A stretch of DNA of 64,000 nucleotides from Nitrososphaerales archaeon (GCA_965197925.1 CBDAOC010000019.1:192001-256000), one strand, 5' to 3'. Positions 52,104 through 62,365 are shown, counted from the stretch's first letter. Made by a program: numbers and translations. Notes: generated by a model not told the origin, from the sequence alone.

Positions 52104-53024
52104 TTAATGTTGCCAAATATTGCCCAATTGTTTTTTTGCGTACAGACCTGCTATGATCACTATGAACACTGATGACAAAAGAATGAATATTGTAAAGGGA
52201 AACTCAGGGACTGAGAAGTATGAACCCTTCCCAATACGTTCATCATAAATAAACATCACATTCTTTACGTCATCATGTAAAAAGAACAACAACATTCCCC
52301 TTACGGTACTTCCCGGCTCAAGCTCCCCATTCCTTAAGGGATTATCTAGTGAAAATAGGTTTTGAACATCTATTGGGTACAGACGACCCTTATCATCTTT
52401 TACAAAAGCATAAAAAGGGCTATAATGGATAGTTTCGTTGCTAGTATTCTTAATCGATATATCAATAACATATGCTTTTGAGGAGGAACTCATTAATTCT
52501 TGATGTATTGTCAATTCAGATCTTCCATCAGTGTAAGTTTTGCCCTTGTTGGAAGTCAAAATCCAATCACTTTGTAAAGGCTGGTCCGCAGGGATTTTAG
52601 TACTAGTCAGTTCCACAGTGATCTCTAACGTATCAGATTCTTTCCATACGAAGAGTGTTGGAATAGTATTGTTTGGTACAATAAACGTCATTTTACCTTT
52701 GAGAATATCATCAGAAGGTATCCTTATCGGTAATATGCCTTTTTGTAAAGGATCTACACCGTATTGATTACCCTTGCTATCAATCATTCGTACAAAAAAA
52801 TGATTAAAACTTCTAGCATTGGGTTCGATATTTTTTATAATCATACCCACATCAACTTGTTTAGTAGTGTTATGTTCAGTCAATATTGCTTCCGTCATCT
52901 CATAAACATATATCTGCATCTCTTGATTTCCTACGATCTCTTTTATGGACCCAGTGTTAGATGCAAAAGCTAATGATGTTGCGAGTACTGTAGATATTGC
53001 AACGATTAAGAGAATTTTTAACAT
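52104..53024 (-). CDS. surface protein with two DUF4352-like Ig domains and PEF-type C-terminal anchor
   Basis: Signal peptide; repeated DSKGNQY / DDKGRLY and GELEPGSTVRG.L.F; VPEFP plus TM plus basic tail. Confidence 0.8.
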   Translation of the reverse strand: MLKILLIVAISTVLATSLAFASNTGSIKEIVGNQEMQIYVYEMTEAILTEHNTTKQVDVGMIIKNIEPNARSFNHFFVRMIDSKGNQYGVDPLQKGILPIRIPSDDILKGKMTFIVPNNTIPTLFVWKESDTLEITVELTSTKIPADQPLQSDWILTSNKGKTYTDGRSELTIHQELMSSSSKAYVIDISIKNTSNETIHYSPFYAFVKDDKGRLYPIDVQNLFSLDNPLRNGELEPGSTVRGMLLFFLHDDVKNVMFIYDERIGKGSYFSVPEFPFTIFILLSSVFIVIIAGLYAKKQLGNIWQH

Positions 53025-53166
53025 GTAAAAAATATTGTAATTAAGGACATTAATTGGTTTTGAATCATGATTGGTAGTGATAAAGTTTAATACCAAAACT
53101 TAATTCACCTATGAATGCTAGTCGAATTTTGGGGAATGACATGCAAAATTTAATGTTCGATAATGC

Positions 53167-53523
53167 TCAAGTATGATTAAGAACTTTCTCTAATACAATA
53201 TCAACAGCTTTGTCAAAAGAACCATCTATCTTCTTCATTATAGTGTTTACCACCTTTTCTGCTTCCTCCGTTATAACTTTCGCCTCCTCATCAGCCTCCC
53301 GTTTCACCTGATCGATAATGTGCTTTGCTTCTTCTTGAGCAATTTCTGTTATTTTTGTTTTCAAATTTTCTATTTCCTCTTCAGCATAAGCGTTAAATTT
53401 TTTCTTGATACCCTCAACCGAGGCGTTAATTGTATCCAAATCATTCTCCAACTGGGAGAGCGAATTTATGATACCCTCAACCGAGGATTCTATCGGCTTA
53501 ATTTCTTTGGTTGGTTGTTCCAT
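53167..53523 (-). CDS. helical protein resembling A/V-ATPase subunit G/H
   Basis: Charged coiled coil (EAKHII..VKREADEEAK) ending FDKAVDIVLEKVL. Confidence 0.55.
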   Translation of the reverse strand: MEQPTKEIKPIESSVEGIINSLSQLENDLDTINASVEGIKKKFNAYAEEEIENLKTKITEIAQEEAKHIIDQVKREADEEAKVITEEAEKVVNTIMKKIDGSFDKAVDIVLEKVLNHT

Positions 53524-53560
53524 AGGCAAATGGAGTTGTTTGAAAATGGGTATTAATTCC

Positions 53561-53899
53561 TTACTTCGTTGTGAGGGTAAGAATTGCTTTTGCTAAATCT
53601 CCCTTTGACTCGGTCAGTGCCTGTATCGAAATTTCTTTACTCACACTAGCCTGTTGTGAAACTAGCATGATATCCTCCTCACTAAATTTTGGCACTTCCC
53701 GTTCGGTTTCTTGAATATCGTCTCCAACTACTTGATATATTGTAGAATCTTGACTCTTTAATTCTGCCACTGTCGGTCCCCTAATGACTATTTCCCTATC
53801 ATCGGTCTTTATAACAACTTCTTCTACATTCTTGAGCTCGTTCATGTTAAGGCCCATCTTATCAAGCATACGTCTCATTTGTCTATTTCCACGCATCAT
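53561..53899 (-). CDS. nac: nascent polypeptide-associated complex protein
   Basis: RQMRRMLDKMG, VEEVVIK, EEDIMLVSQQA, GDLAKAIL. Confidence 0.93.
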   Translation of the reverse strand: MMRGNRQMRRMLDKMGLNMNELKNVEEVVIKTDDREIVIRGPTVAELKSQDSTIYQVVGDDIQETEREVPKFSEEDIMLVSQQASVSKEISIQALTESKGDLAKAILTLTTK

Positions 53900-53909
53900 A
53901 AGATTATTT

Positions 53910-54389
53910 TCACCTTCCTCCTTTTAAACTCTCGCGTATCTTTACTGCTACGCCCCGTTTGAACTCCTTGATCATTTTGGCCGAAAGAATTGCCTTACCA
54001 ACAGCAATAACCTCATCTCTCTGGTCCAATACAGCTACATCACTACCTACCATTACATTATTGCCACAGTTAATAACATGTTTACAAAAGACTGAACTAC
54101 CATTTGAGATGAATTCTGCAATCTCATTATCAACTGTAACACAATTCTCCCTGAAGACCTTGCTTCTTAATAGTACGTTAGCACCGTAAATCGAAATGGC
54201 CAACCAACCATCTGTGCGTAATGTAGCAACTAAATTGTTATCATGGAGAATAAATTTTATTCTCCCAGTTCTTTTAGAAAAAGTAAATTCAAACTTTTCT
54301 ATAGGTATAGAAGAGGAAATACCACTTCCAAAAATAGCGTCAATGTTGGCCGCGATCTTTTTCCTTGGATCTATAGATAATTTATTCAT
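53910..54389 (-). CDS. PUA-domain protein (archaeosine TGT C-terminal-like)
   Basis: SKRTGRIK, LRTDG, GSSVFCKHV, AVGKA, RGVAVKIR. Confidence 0.85.
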   Translation of the reverse strand: MNKLSIDPRKKIAANIDAIFGSGISSSIPIEKFEFTFSKRTGRIKFILHDNNLVATLRTDGWLAISIYGANVLLRSKVFRENCVTVDNEIAEFISNGSSVFCKHVINCGNNVMVGSDVAVLDQRDEVIAVGKAILSAKMIKEFKRGVAVKIRESLKGGR

Positions 54390-55679
54390 ACAGATTTTGA
54401 ATTGTAGGTTTAATTTAATAGTCTTTTGATGGAAGGGCTAAAGCAACTGAGTAAGTGATTTGATGGAACTGTATTCTCTTGACTGCCTTAATCATCCAAC
54501 TAATACATGAAAGAATCTTACCAAAGGGATGAATGATATGATAATAAAGAAGGAAGACCCTTAATGCCATAATTTAGAAAAATGGATAGAAGATCCTAAC
54601 GGATAGAAGTTCTTCAAATATTGGGAGCATGATGTTTACGCAAAACCATAGCGGGTTGTAAAGAAGATTCTAGTATATTTTTGATTCCCGTCCTTCGTTT
54701 TTACATTCTAAACGGGAACTACCTTAATTTTTATATGCAAGAGTAAGTCTGTGATAGACAGTCATTGAAATCCTAAGCTATTTCGCCAATTCATTACGGT
54801 TTACCCAATACCATCTATTGACTGTGGCTGAAAACTGATCATATTACGTTACTTTAATACAGTCATTACAAGATTATTAGAAATAAAATTGAACTTCCTG
54901 ATATAATTCCACTATAAAGCATAGGGTGATGGGTTTATAATCCCCGTTTGGCTTGCCTAACTCATTAAGGTTGAACACAAAACTCTTCTTTCCTGGAAGT
55001 CTCGGCTTCCTCACATTTACAACCTTGGATAATATCTCCATTTTTATCCCTTGCATAGATAAGCCTCATAATTACTTGTAATTCAAAGCAGCATGAAGCA
55101 GTCACCTCTACATCTTATATATCAGAATTCTGAATAGCCGGTGGGATATTAGCATATCCTGCTGGATCTACATTATTCAAGTTCCATTCATAATTTTACT
55201 CAAGCTAACAACCTTTCTCGCCGCATTTTCCACTAGACTGCAAGTATTCTTGGTTTGAATCTATAATGATCATAACGCCTCTTAACTACAATTGCTATAT
55301 GTCTTCCTTTATTGAATATTAGATCACATTCACAGCTACCCTCAACTGTCACTAGGGTTTTAGTTCTCAGTTTCTTTGTTTTAGATTTCACTTTTTTCAA
55401 TTTTGCCGTCCCATCCTCCCTTTTTGTATTGGTATTGTAAGATCAAAGTATTTGAAATAATATAAGATATTAAGAATCGAATGTGAACAATTTCCTAATC
55501 TTAAAGAGAAGTAAGAATGATGAATTTATTCTGGACTGTATGTTGCCATCTAATCTTCGAGCAAACTTCTGAAGTGTTATATAAGGTGATATCTGACTAA
55601 TTATATAAGATATAATAAAGAATGTTTCTTACAGCTATTCACAACCCCTCTATAACTCATTCCCTCAGACCTTTGAAGT

Positions 55680-56011
55680 TGAATTTCTGGTAATCTTACT
55701 TTTACCCTGAATTTGTAGGGATTGATATCAATATCATAATAGACGAGATACCGTCTGATAATGGTGAGATACAAACTGATGGTGCTTGATTGGTTTTTCC
55801 TTTCATCAAGATAATCAACCAACCTGTTTAATACATTGTGAGGATCCAGTTTGTCATTCTTGAGTAATAATGTTAGCATTGATTTCCATGTATTAATTGC
55901 TCAGGCTGAAGGATTCAAAACATCTCTACGCTTTCCTAGAATTCTTTGTTTTGAGTTTTTTGTATGGGATCTACGAAACATCAAACCAACATAATCTTCA
56001 ACCAGTTCCAT
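55680..56011 (-). pseudogene. tyrosine recombinase/integrase 5' remnant (core-binding domain; catalytic domain missing)
   Basis: MELVEDY...FRRSH..NS, frameshift, then DPHNVLNRLVDYL...SSTISLYLTIIRRYLVYYDIDINPYKFRVKVRLP. Confidence 0.6.
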
Positions 56012-56064
56012 TAGCTGAAAATTGAGCCAAGACGTATATAAGTAAACATAACATATCCATAATT

Positions 56065-57288
56065 GTGCAGGCTATACTCATAACTTATCCACAACGTGAT
56101 TCTATTAAGGAAGCAATTGCACTTGCAGAAGCATGTGGTTATGAGATTATAAAAATTGTTACACAACGTTACTTGACAAAATCACGATATGGTATTGGGC
56201 CTGGAAAGGCCGAAGAAGTAAAAGAATATGTTAGAGAGTTAAAACCTGATCTAATAATATATGATCAAGTGCTTAAAGCTGTGCAGGTATACAATCTTGC
56301 TAAATTATTACAAATTGAAATAATCGATAGAGAAGGGTTGATACTGGAAATTTTCGATAAGAGAGCCAGGAGTGCAGAATCTAGAATACAGGTGAAACTA
56401 GCTCAACTGAGATATGAGATGACTAGAGCCAGAGAAAAGGTTAGGCTCGCCAGACAGGGTGAGCAACCAGGATTTTTTGGCCTTGGGAAGTATGAAGTTG
56501 ACATTTATTATCGTGATATCAAAAGGAGAATAGCTAATCTTAAACAAAAACTAACCAAAATTGCTACGAGGAGGGATCTTTACAGATATCAAAGATCAAA
56601 ACAGGGTCTTCCGTCGGTTTCACTGTCTGGATATACTTCTGTAGGGAAGACTACACTTTTTAATTCGCTTATTGGCGGGAATCATGATATTGGTAAAGGG
56701 TTGTTTACAACTCTTTCGACCTCGACTAGGGGGTTGGAACTAAAGGAGAAAAAGGTATTGATATCAGACACAGTTGGTTTCATAAGCAAACTACCTGCTT
56801 ACATGATAGAGGCATTCAAATCTACTCTTGATGAATTGACGTATGCAGATTTGGTACTTCTATTAATTGATATTAGTGAACCCTTGGCCGAGGTGGAAAG
56901 AAAATATGATAGCTCTGTAAGAATTCTTAATGAACTGCATGTGCCACAGACTAAGGTGCTTAATGTTTTGAATAAGGTTGATCTGATAAGTAAAGAAGAA
57001 GCAATAGAAAAAGCGAAGCTATTGAATATTTTGGAAAGCAATAGATATGTCATAGTATCATCAAAGACAGGGTTCAATATAGCACGGCTCAAGGAGTTGA
57101 TCAATAACATAATATTTGATGAGGTTAAAGTCAGGGTAGATAATGAACAGAAGATTCTCCCTAATGATGAATGTATAGGAGCTAATGAAATCCCTATTAG
57201 TAATTTCGACAAACAAGTGGCTGGCAATGAACTCACTAATGTGAGTAGTTCGTCATACCTTCTGGATCCCCTTGACAAAAATGATTGA
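56065..57288 (+). CDS. hflX: GTPase HflX
   Basis: IGPGKAEE, ILEIF..RA, GYTSVGKTT, DTVGFI, NKVD. Confidence 0.95.
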   Translation: MQAILITYPQRDSIKEAIALAEACGYEIIKIVTQRYLTKSRYGIGPGKAEEVKEYVRELKPDLIIYDQVLKAVQVYNLAKLLQIEIIDREGLILEIFDKRARSAESRIQVKLAQLRYEMTRAREKVRLARQGEQPGFFGLGKYEVDIYYRDIKRRIANLKQKLTKIATRRDLYRYQRSKQGLPSVSLSGYTSVGKTTLFNSLIGGNHDIGKGLFTTLSTSTRGLELKEKKVLISDTVGFISKLPAYMIEAFKSTLDELTYADLVLLLIDISEPLAEVERKYDSSVRILNELHVPQTKVLNVLNKVDLISKEEAIEKAKLLNILESNRYVIVSSKTGFNIARLKELINNIIFDEVKVRVDNEQKILPNDECIGANEIPISNFDKQVAGNELTNVSSSSYLLDPLDKND

Positions 57289-57851
57289 GTATGAAAACAT
57301 CAGTTCTTAGGATGGGTCATAGGGTTGTTAGGGATTATAGGGCTACTACCCATGTAGCACTAGTTGCAAGGGCATTTGGTGCGGATAATATGTTAGTGGG
57401 TAACGCTGAAGATGACATCAAAAAAACAATCAAAGAGGTTAATGAACGATGGGGAGGTTACTTCGAAGTTAAAGAGGTTAAGAGTTGGAGGAATACAATT
57501 ACTGAATGGAAGAATAAAGGTGGTGACGTGGTACATCTCACCATGTATGGGGTCAATGTCGATGATACGATCAATGAGATCAAGAACAATAAAAAGGACC
57601 TGCTAATCATAGTAGGGGCTGAGAAGGTACCCCGTGAAGTGTATCATCTTAGCGATTATAATATTTCAATAGGAAATCAACCACATTCGGAGATAGCTGC
57701 TCTTGCAATATTTCTTGACAGATTGTTTGGAGGTACGCAATTAAAAAGTGAATTTAATGGAAGGTTCAGTATCATACCTAGGAAAAGGGATAAGGCTGTT
57801 AAAATTAATGAAGTTAAATATATATCAACGGTTGACAAGGTGTACTTGTAA
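57285..57851 (+). CDS. trm56: tRNA (cytidine56-2'-O)-methyltransferase
   Basis: GHR..RD.R.TTHVALVARAFGA, HLTMYG, GAEKVP, NQPHSE. Confidence 0.95.
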   Translation: MSMKTSVLRMGHRVVRDYRATTHVALVARAFGADNMLVGNAEDDIKKTIKEVNERWGGYFEVKEVKSWRNTITEWKNKGGDVVHLTMYGVNVDDTINEIKNNKKDLLIIVGAEKVPREVYHLSDYNISIGNQPHSEIAALAIFLDRLFGGTQLKSEFNGRFSIIPRKRDKAVKINEVKYISTVDKVYL

Positions 57852-58376
57852 ATGCGAATAGAATACGAAGACTCTTTTGTTCAGATCGCACGTTTGATTG
57901 GAGGAGACGAATATCTTAAAGTTGCAAGAGCCTTGCTTAATGCAGAAGATGCTACTGATGAAGAGATTGCCAGTGCAACTGGTTTGAGGATTAACATAGT
58001 TAGAAAGGTCCTTTATGATACCTTCGGTAAGGCACTTATCACTGGTGTAAGAGTAAAAGATGAAAAGAAAGGTTGGTTTGTCTATAGGTGGAGGGCTAAG
58101 CGGGATCATGTTGATAATTTCATAGAGAATCAGAAGAAGACAATCCTTGATAGGTTAAAAAAGAGGTTACAATATGAGGAATCCACTGAATTCTATCATT
58201 GCAGTAATCCAGATTGTCCCAGGGTTGCATTTGAACAATCTGTAGAAATGTTCTTCAAATGTCCTAACTGCAGAAGCTTACTGAATTTAATTGAAAATGC
58301 TAATCTAAAACAGGCGCTGAGACAGAAAATAGAGAAGATATCCAGAGATTTACAGAGCAGATCTCCAGAGATATAA
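57852..58376 (+). CDS. tfe: transcription factor E (alpha)
   Basis: TDEEIA, VRKVLY, GWFVYRW, Zn ribbon C..C...FKCPNC. Confidence 0.93.
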   Translation: MRIEYEDSFVQIARLIGGDEYLKVARALLNAEDATDEEIASATGLRINIVRKVLYDTFGKALITGVRVKDEKKGWFVYRWRAKRDHVDNFIENQKKTILDRLKKRLQYEESTEFYHCSNPDCPRVAFEQSVEMFFKCPNCRSLLNLIENANLKQALRQKIEKISRDLQSRSPEI

Positions 58377-58539
58377 TCAAGAAATAGTTTAATACAAGAT
58401 TCTAACAAGGTAATTGAAACTTTTTTTGTTTGAGAAAATTTCCCATCGACGAAATTATTAGATATCTAAAGTCTAAAAAGTACACTAACAATGGATTGCC
58501 AATGATTGTTGGATTGCATTCCCCAATTTTCATGAATTT

Positions 58540-59223
58540 TTAGAAGAGATGAGTGTTAACCCTCATTATTTTGTATGACAGAATCACCTCATCTTCAATC
58601 TTCTTTATTTTTTCTAATTTAAGTTTGATTTTACAATTATTTATCCTGGGAAACCCCATTCCTTCGACCAGTGTTATTGCATTTCTTCCTCCAACTATCT
58701 TGGGTGCCACTGTTACCATAATTTCATCAACCAGTCCGGCCCTTAGCATACTCCAATTGATCTCCCCCCCTCCTTCGACCAAGACTTTGTTTATTCCTTT
58801 ATCTTTCAGCATTATTAGTAATTTCTTTAGATCAACCTGATTCTTGCCACATATGAACACTGAAGCACCTAGAGATCTTATTTTCTTCAAGTTTGGTCTA
58901 CTAGCTCTGTTCGAAACAGCAATGATAGTAGATACATTTTTGCAAGTATGCATTACTTTCGTTCTTGAATTGATCCTAGCTTTGCTGTCAATTATGATAC
59001 GTGTAGGATTCCTTGTTCTATACTTGGCTACAAGCATAGGATTGTCAGTTAATACTGTATTGATACCAACTAATATTGCATCGACAGTTCCTCTTAATCT
59101 ATGAACCCTTGTTAAATCTTTCTTGGATGATATTGAAGAATCACCCTTGGTACTAGCGATCTTTCCATCAAGGGTCATCGCTGCATTCAATATTACATAG
59201 GGTCTACAGCTCCCCATGCACAA
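58540..59223 (-). CDS. arfC: 2,5-diamino-6-(ribosylamino)-4(3H)-pyrimidinone 5'-phosphate reductase (RibD C-terminal/ArfC type)
   Basis: AAMTLDGKIA, VHRLR, GINTVL.DNP, VEGGG; no deaminase domain. Confidence 0.9.
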   Translation of the reverse strand: MCMGSCRPYVILNAAMTLDGKIASTKGDSSISSKKDLTRVHRLRGTVDAILVGINTVLTDNPMLVAKYRTRNPTRIIIDSKARINSRTKVMHTCKNVSTIIAVSNRASRPNLKKIRSLGASVFICGKNQVDLKKLLIMLKDKGINKVLVEGGGEINWSMLRAGLVDEIMVTVAPKIVGGRNAITLVEGMGFPRINNCKIKLKLEKIKKIEDEVILSYKIMRVNTHLF

Positions 59224-60409
59224 CCTTTCCTCCCTTCATCACAGCCATAATGTTGCTTTCATTTACTCTGTGTGCTATCGTTGTATAAGGATCATGCATA
59301 GGTTCTATGTCAATAGAGTGTGTATCTATGAAAATTGCATCGGCGAACATTTTTTCTTCTATATAACCCAACTTTTCAAGTTTCAGTATATTGGCTGGAT
59401 TGACAGTTACCATTTTAACAAGTTCCTTAGCACTCAGGAAAGTACTTTCAAGAGCTCTACTAACCTTCCACAAATAATCTAATTCTCTGAATAGATCTGG
59501 AGAGTTAAGCATCACATTATCAGTTCCTATGGCAATCTTGCATCCATATTTGATCATCCTAGCGATCTTTGGTATACCAGCACCAATTACCCCATTGGCC
59601 CTTGGACACACAATTATACCTATATTTTTCTCCGCTACCCTACGCATGTCTTCATCAGTTGCATTAGTCATATGGACAACAAAATCCGGTCTAAGATGTT
59701 CCACTATGCGAGTTACCTCACTTTTCCTACAATTTTTTATTGAGTATTCATATGCTTTCACGGTCTCGGCAGCGTGTATAGCAAGAAGTTTACCATTTTC
59801 CCTCCCAATTCTTCGAAAATATTTTAATGCCTTATCGCTATACTCGTTAGCACCACTAATACCAAAACCATCACATGAATTTATCACTTTTTCCGCCATT
59901 CTTGCTACCTCTTTGGGCAATTCATCATTATTCTGTAAAGAATCTTCACTAAAATAATATTCTATTCTACCAAGACAAATACATCTGATCCCCATCTCAC
60001 CTACAGCGTCCTTTAACAACCCGATACCATCGATTCCGTCTTCTCTAAAGTCCGCAAAGGATGTGATACCTTTCTTTAACATCGATAACAAACTTGTCTT
60101 CATGTAAGTAGTCAAATGTTCTTTCTTGCTCTCTTTCAAGACGGTGCGTTTTATACTGGATATTGGGTTTACACGTTGATCCAACCCTTGATCTGATCCT
60201 ACATCTTTCGCTATGGAATCAGCAATATGCGTATGTGCATTTATTAGCCCTGGAATCATCAGGGAACCTTTTCCATCATAAACATCTCCATCATAAACAA
60301 TCGGGTCTTTAGTAATAGTTTCAAATACTCCATTTTCGATAATAATATTTACATTCTGTATGAATGTCAAATCTTTACCATATAGCACACTAACATTATT
60401 TATAAGCAA
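59204..60409 (-). CDS. metal-dependent amidohydrolase (deaminase-like)
   Basis: PGLINAHTH, IHAAE, VHMT, CPRAN, GTDN. Confidence 0.88.
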   Translation of the reverse strand: MLINNVSVLYGKDLTFIQNVNIIIENGVFETITKDPIVYDGDVYDGKGSLMIPGLINAHTHIADSIAKDVGSDQGLDQRVNPISSIKRTVLKESKKEHLTTYMKTSLLSMLKKGITSFADFREDGIDGIGLLKDAVGEMGIRCICLGRIEYYFSEDSLQNNDELPKEVARMAEKVINSCDGFGISGANEYSDKALKYFRRIGRENGKLLAIHAAETVKAYEYSIKNCRKSEVTRIVEHLRPDFVVHMTNATDEDMRRVAEKNIGIIVCPRANGVIGAGIPKIARMIKYGCKIAIGTDNVMLNSPDLFRELDYLWKVSRALESTFLSAKELVKMVTVNPANILKLEKLGYIEEKMFADAIFIDTHSIDIEPMHDPYTTIAHRVNESNIMAVMKGGKVVHGEL

Positions 60410-61149
60410 CTTATCTCAAAAACCTGTTCAATTTTTCCTTCTTTTCTAAGATCCCTGAGCGTATCAAGGGCTCTGGTCGCCATCTCAGCTGCCTTTCTAG
60501 CCGTTCTTGCCTTACCTATTCCACATTTGAGTTTGATATCCAAACCATTAACAACTTCATCCAATATAGCAGAAGTTTCAATATTGCTAACCCCATTTGC
60601 CACAACCATAAAATTGTCACCACCTAAGAAGAATGTAAGAGCTTTCTTTTCCATAAAATTCTGCACGAGTAATGCATGAAGTTGTACTATCATTGATGTT
60701 ATTTCATAGGGAGTCAGTCTTGTACTAAGCTTTGAGGTTGAACCGTCAATATCTAAGTGCATTATCTGTACATAATCATCACTTTTAGCACTACCGTATA
60801 CCTTAAACTTGGAATCATAAAAATCCTTGTTCTTACCTGCCTTATAAGCGTCCAAATGTGCCTCATAAGGTGTAGCACCGTTGCCTATGCTCATACTGAT
60901 ATCTAAATCGTATAAATTTAACAATTCCTGCAGAATTTCTATATGTTCCTTTGGCCCAAGTCCGTTAGTAATGGAAAACATCTCATCAAATCGATTAAAG
61001 AATACTAATGCCTTTTTATGAGCAAACAATTGCTGAACGTCGCTGTAAAGTCTTGATTGTAGGATTTGCAATTCGTGCTCCCTATCACTACCCTTCATTA
61101 GAGTCCAAGGACCATACCCATCTATTTTGATGATAGTTATCTGGACCAT
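60400..61149 (-). CDS. gch3: GTP cyclohydrolase III (IIa)
   Basis: IDGYGPWT...DREH.LQ, RFD, FLGGDNFM. Confidence 0.92.
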   Translation of the reverse strand: MVQITIIKIDGYGPWTLMKGSDREHELQILQSRLYSDVQQLFAHKKALVFFNRFDEMFSITNGLGPKEHIEILQELLNLYDLDISMSIGNGATPYEAHLDAYKAGKNKDFYDSKFKVYGSAKSDDYVQIMHLDIDGSTSKLSTRLTPYEITSMIVQLHALLVQNFMEKKALTFFLGGDNFMVVANGVSNIETSAILDEVVNGLDIKLKCGIGKARTARKAAEMATRALDTLRDLRKEGKIEQVFEISCL

Positions 61150-61601
61150 TACCTTATCACATTCAATCTTTTGGCTCCTGCTCCATGAAGCTTCCTTAGC
61201 CTACCAGTCATCAGTACGGCCGCAGAAACTGCTCGAACAGAAACAACATTTATCCTATTCTTGGCTTGCAATTTGCTCATGTTGGGACCAGAGATACCTA
61301 GAGTGACAGGTTTACCATATCTCAAGGATAGGTCTACAATTGATCGAGCCGTATTCCGAGCAATAATCTCATCATGTTTTGTTTCCCCCTTTATGACGGC
61401 TCCCAAAGTAACGACTGAATCTATATCCTTCTTTTTCAATAAGTTTTCTATCATTAGCGGCATGTCGAATACTCCTGGAACGTAGCAAATATAGTTTACA
61501 ATAGCACCAAGTGATTCTACACGTTTCCTTGCAATTGCTAACATTTTTGATGTAACGTCTTCGTTGAATTCTGATACCACGAAAGCAATTCTAATTCTCA
61601 C
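61149..61601 (-). CDS. ribH: 6,7-dimethyl-8-ribityllumazine synthase
   Basis: VVSEFN, VPGVFDMP, GAVIKGET.HDE, KPVTLG. Confidence 0.95.
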   Translation of the reverse strand: MRIRIAFVVSEFNEDVTSKMLAIARKRVESLGAIVNYICYVPGVFDMPLMIENLLKKKDIDSVVTLGAVIKGETKHDEIIARNTARSIVDLSLRYGKPVTLGISGPNMSKLQAKNRINVVSVRAVSAAVLMTGRLRKLHGAGAKRLNVIR

Positions 61602-62294
61602 TTAATGCACCTTTGCAAAATGTGATTCAAGTTCCCCACCCTCCACAATGACAAGACCATTTTCCCTAGAATAAAGCTGCGCACAATCTATCGACAATGC
61701 CTTGTATGTTGAACCATCCAGCATTTCGCAAATCGAAACAGTAGGAGTCAACCCTGCAAGCTGTGCCAAATAAACTGCCAGCTCAGTATGACCAACCCTA
61801 TTGTTGAACAACCCTTCAGATGCTATCAGAATGGGAACATGCCCCGGTGCTCTAAATGCCGATATAAAATCCCGCCTCGCATCAGACCCGTTTAGGGACT
61901 TTGAGCATATTCCTGCCATCTCGGTTATTGTTTTGGCTCTATCAAGATCGGTTATGCCGGTAAAGGTATTTTTATGGTTTATCGCTATAGAAAATGCTGG
62001 CTTATCCCCATATGGGGACTTGTCATAAACAAGATCTGCCATTGTAGGATTGACATCTTCAAGCATGCTTAACATGTCATACATATACACCAGTCCTAGC
62101 CTCTTTGCCATATCATGTCTTAATGCCAAACAGAGAAGACCGCCAGCATCTCTTCTAATTCTTGCTACAAGTGAAGGTGTGACGTATTCTGCAGCAACCA
62201 CCATATCTATTTCGTTCTCCCTTTTTCTGTTATCGTGTAGGAGGACAATCTCTCCCTTTTGTAGAGCATCGATCGCCGCTGTGAGAGAGGACAT
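61602..62294 (-). CDS. ribB: 3,4-dihydroxy-2-butanone 4-phosphate synthase (archaeal type)
   Basis: RENEID, DAGGLLC, TGITD.DR, PGHV, GHTE, CEM. Confidence 0.95.
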   Translation of the reverse strand: MSSLTAAIDALQKGEIVLLHDNRKRENEIDMVVAAEYVTPSLVARIRRDAGGLLCLALRHDMAKRLGLVYMYDMLSMLEDVNPTMADLVYDKSPYGDKPAFSIAINHKNTFTGITDLDRAKTITEMAGICSKSLNGSDARRDFISAFRAPGHVPILIASEGLFNNRVGHTELAVYLAQLAGLTPTVSICEMLDGSTYKALSIDCAQLYSRENGLVIVEGGELESHFAKVH

Positions 62295-62365
62295 ATATTA
62301 GGCAAAATTCATAAGCGATTATAAGTTTTACTACAATATTGTTACCAACCAATATATTGGTAGCA

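Noticed and set aside
55515..55575. Possible C/D box sRNA (ATGATGA...CTGA about 55 nt apart)
   Set aside because: No convincing internal D'/C' boxes or recognisable guide; expected by chance in AT-rich DNA
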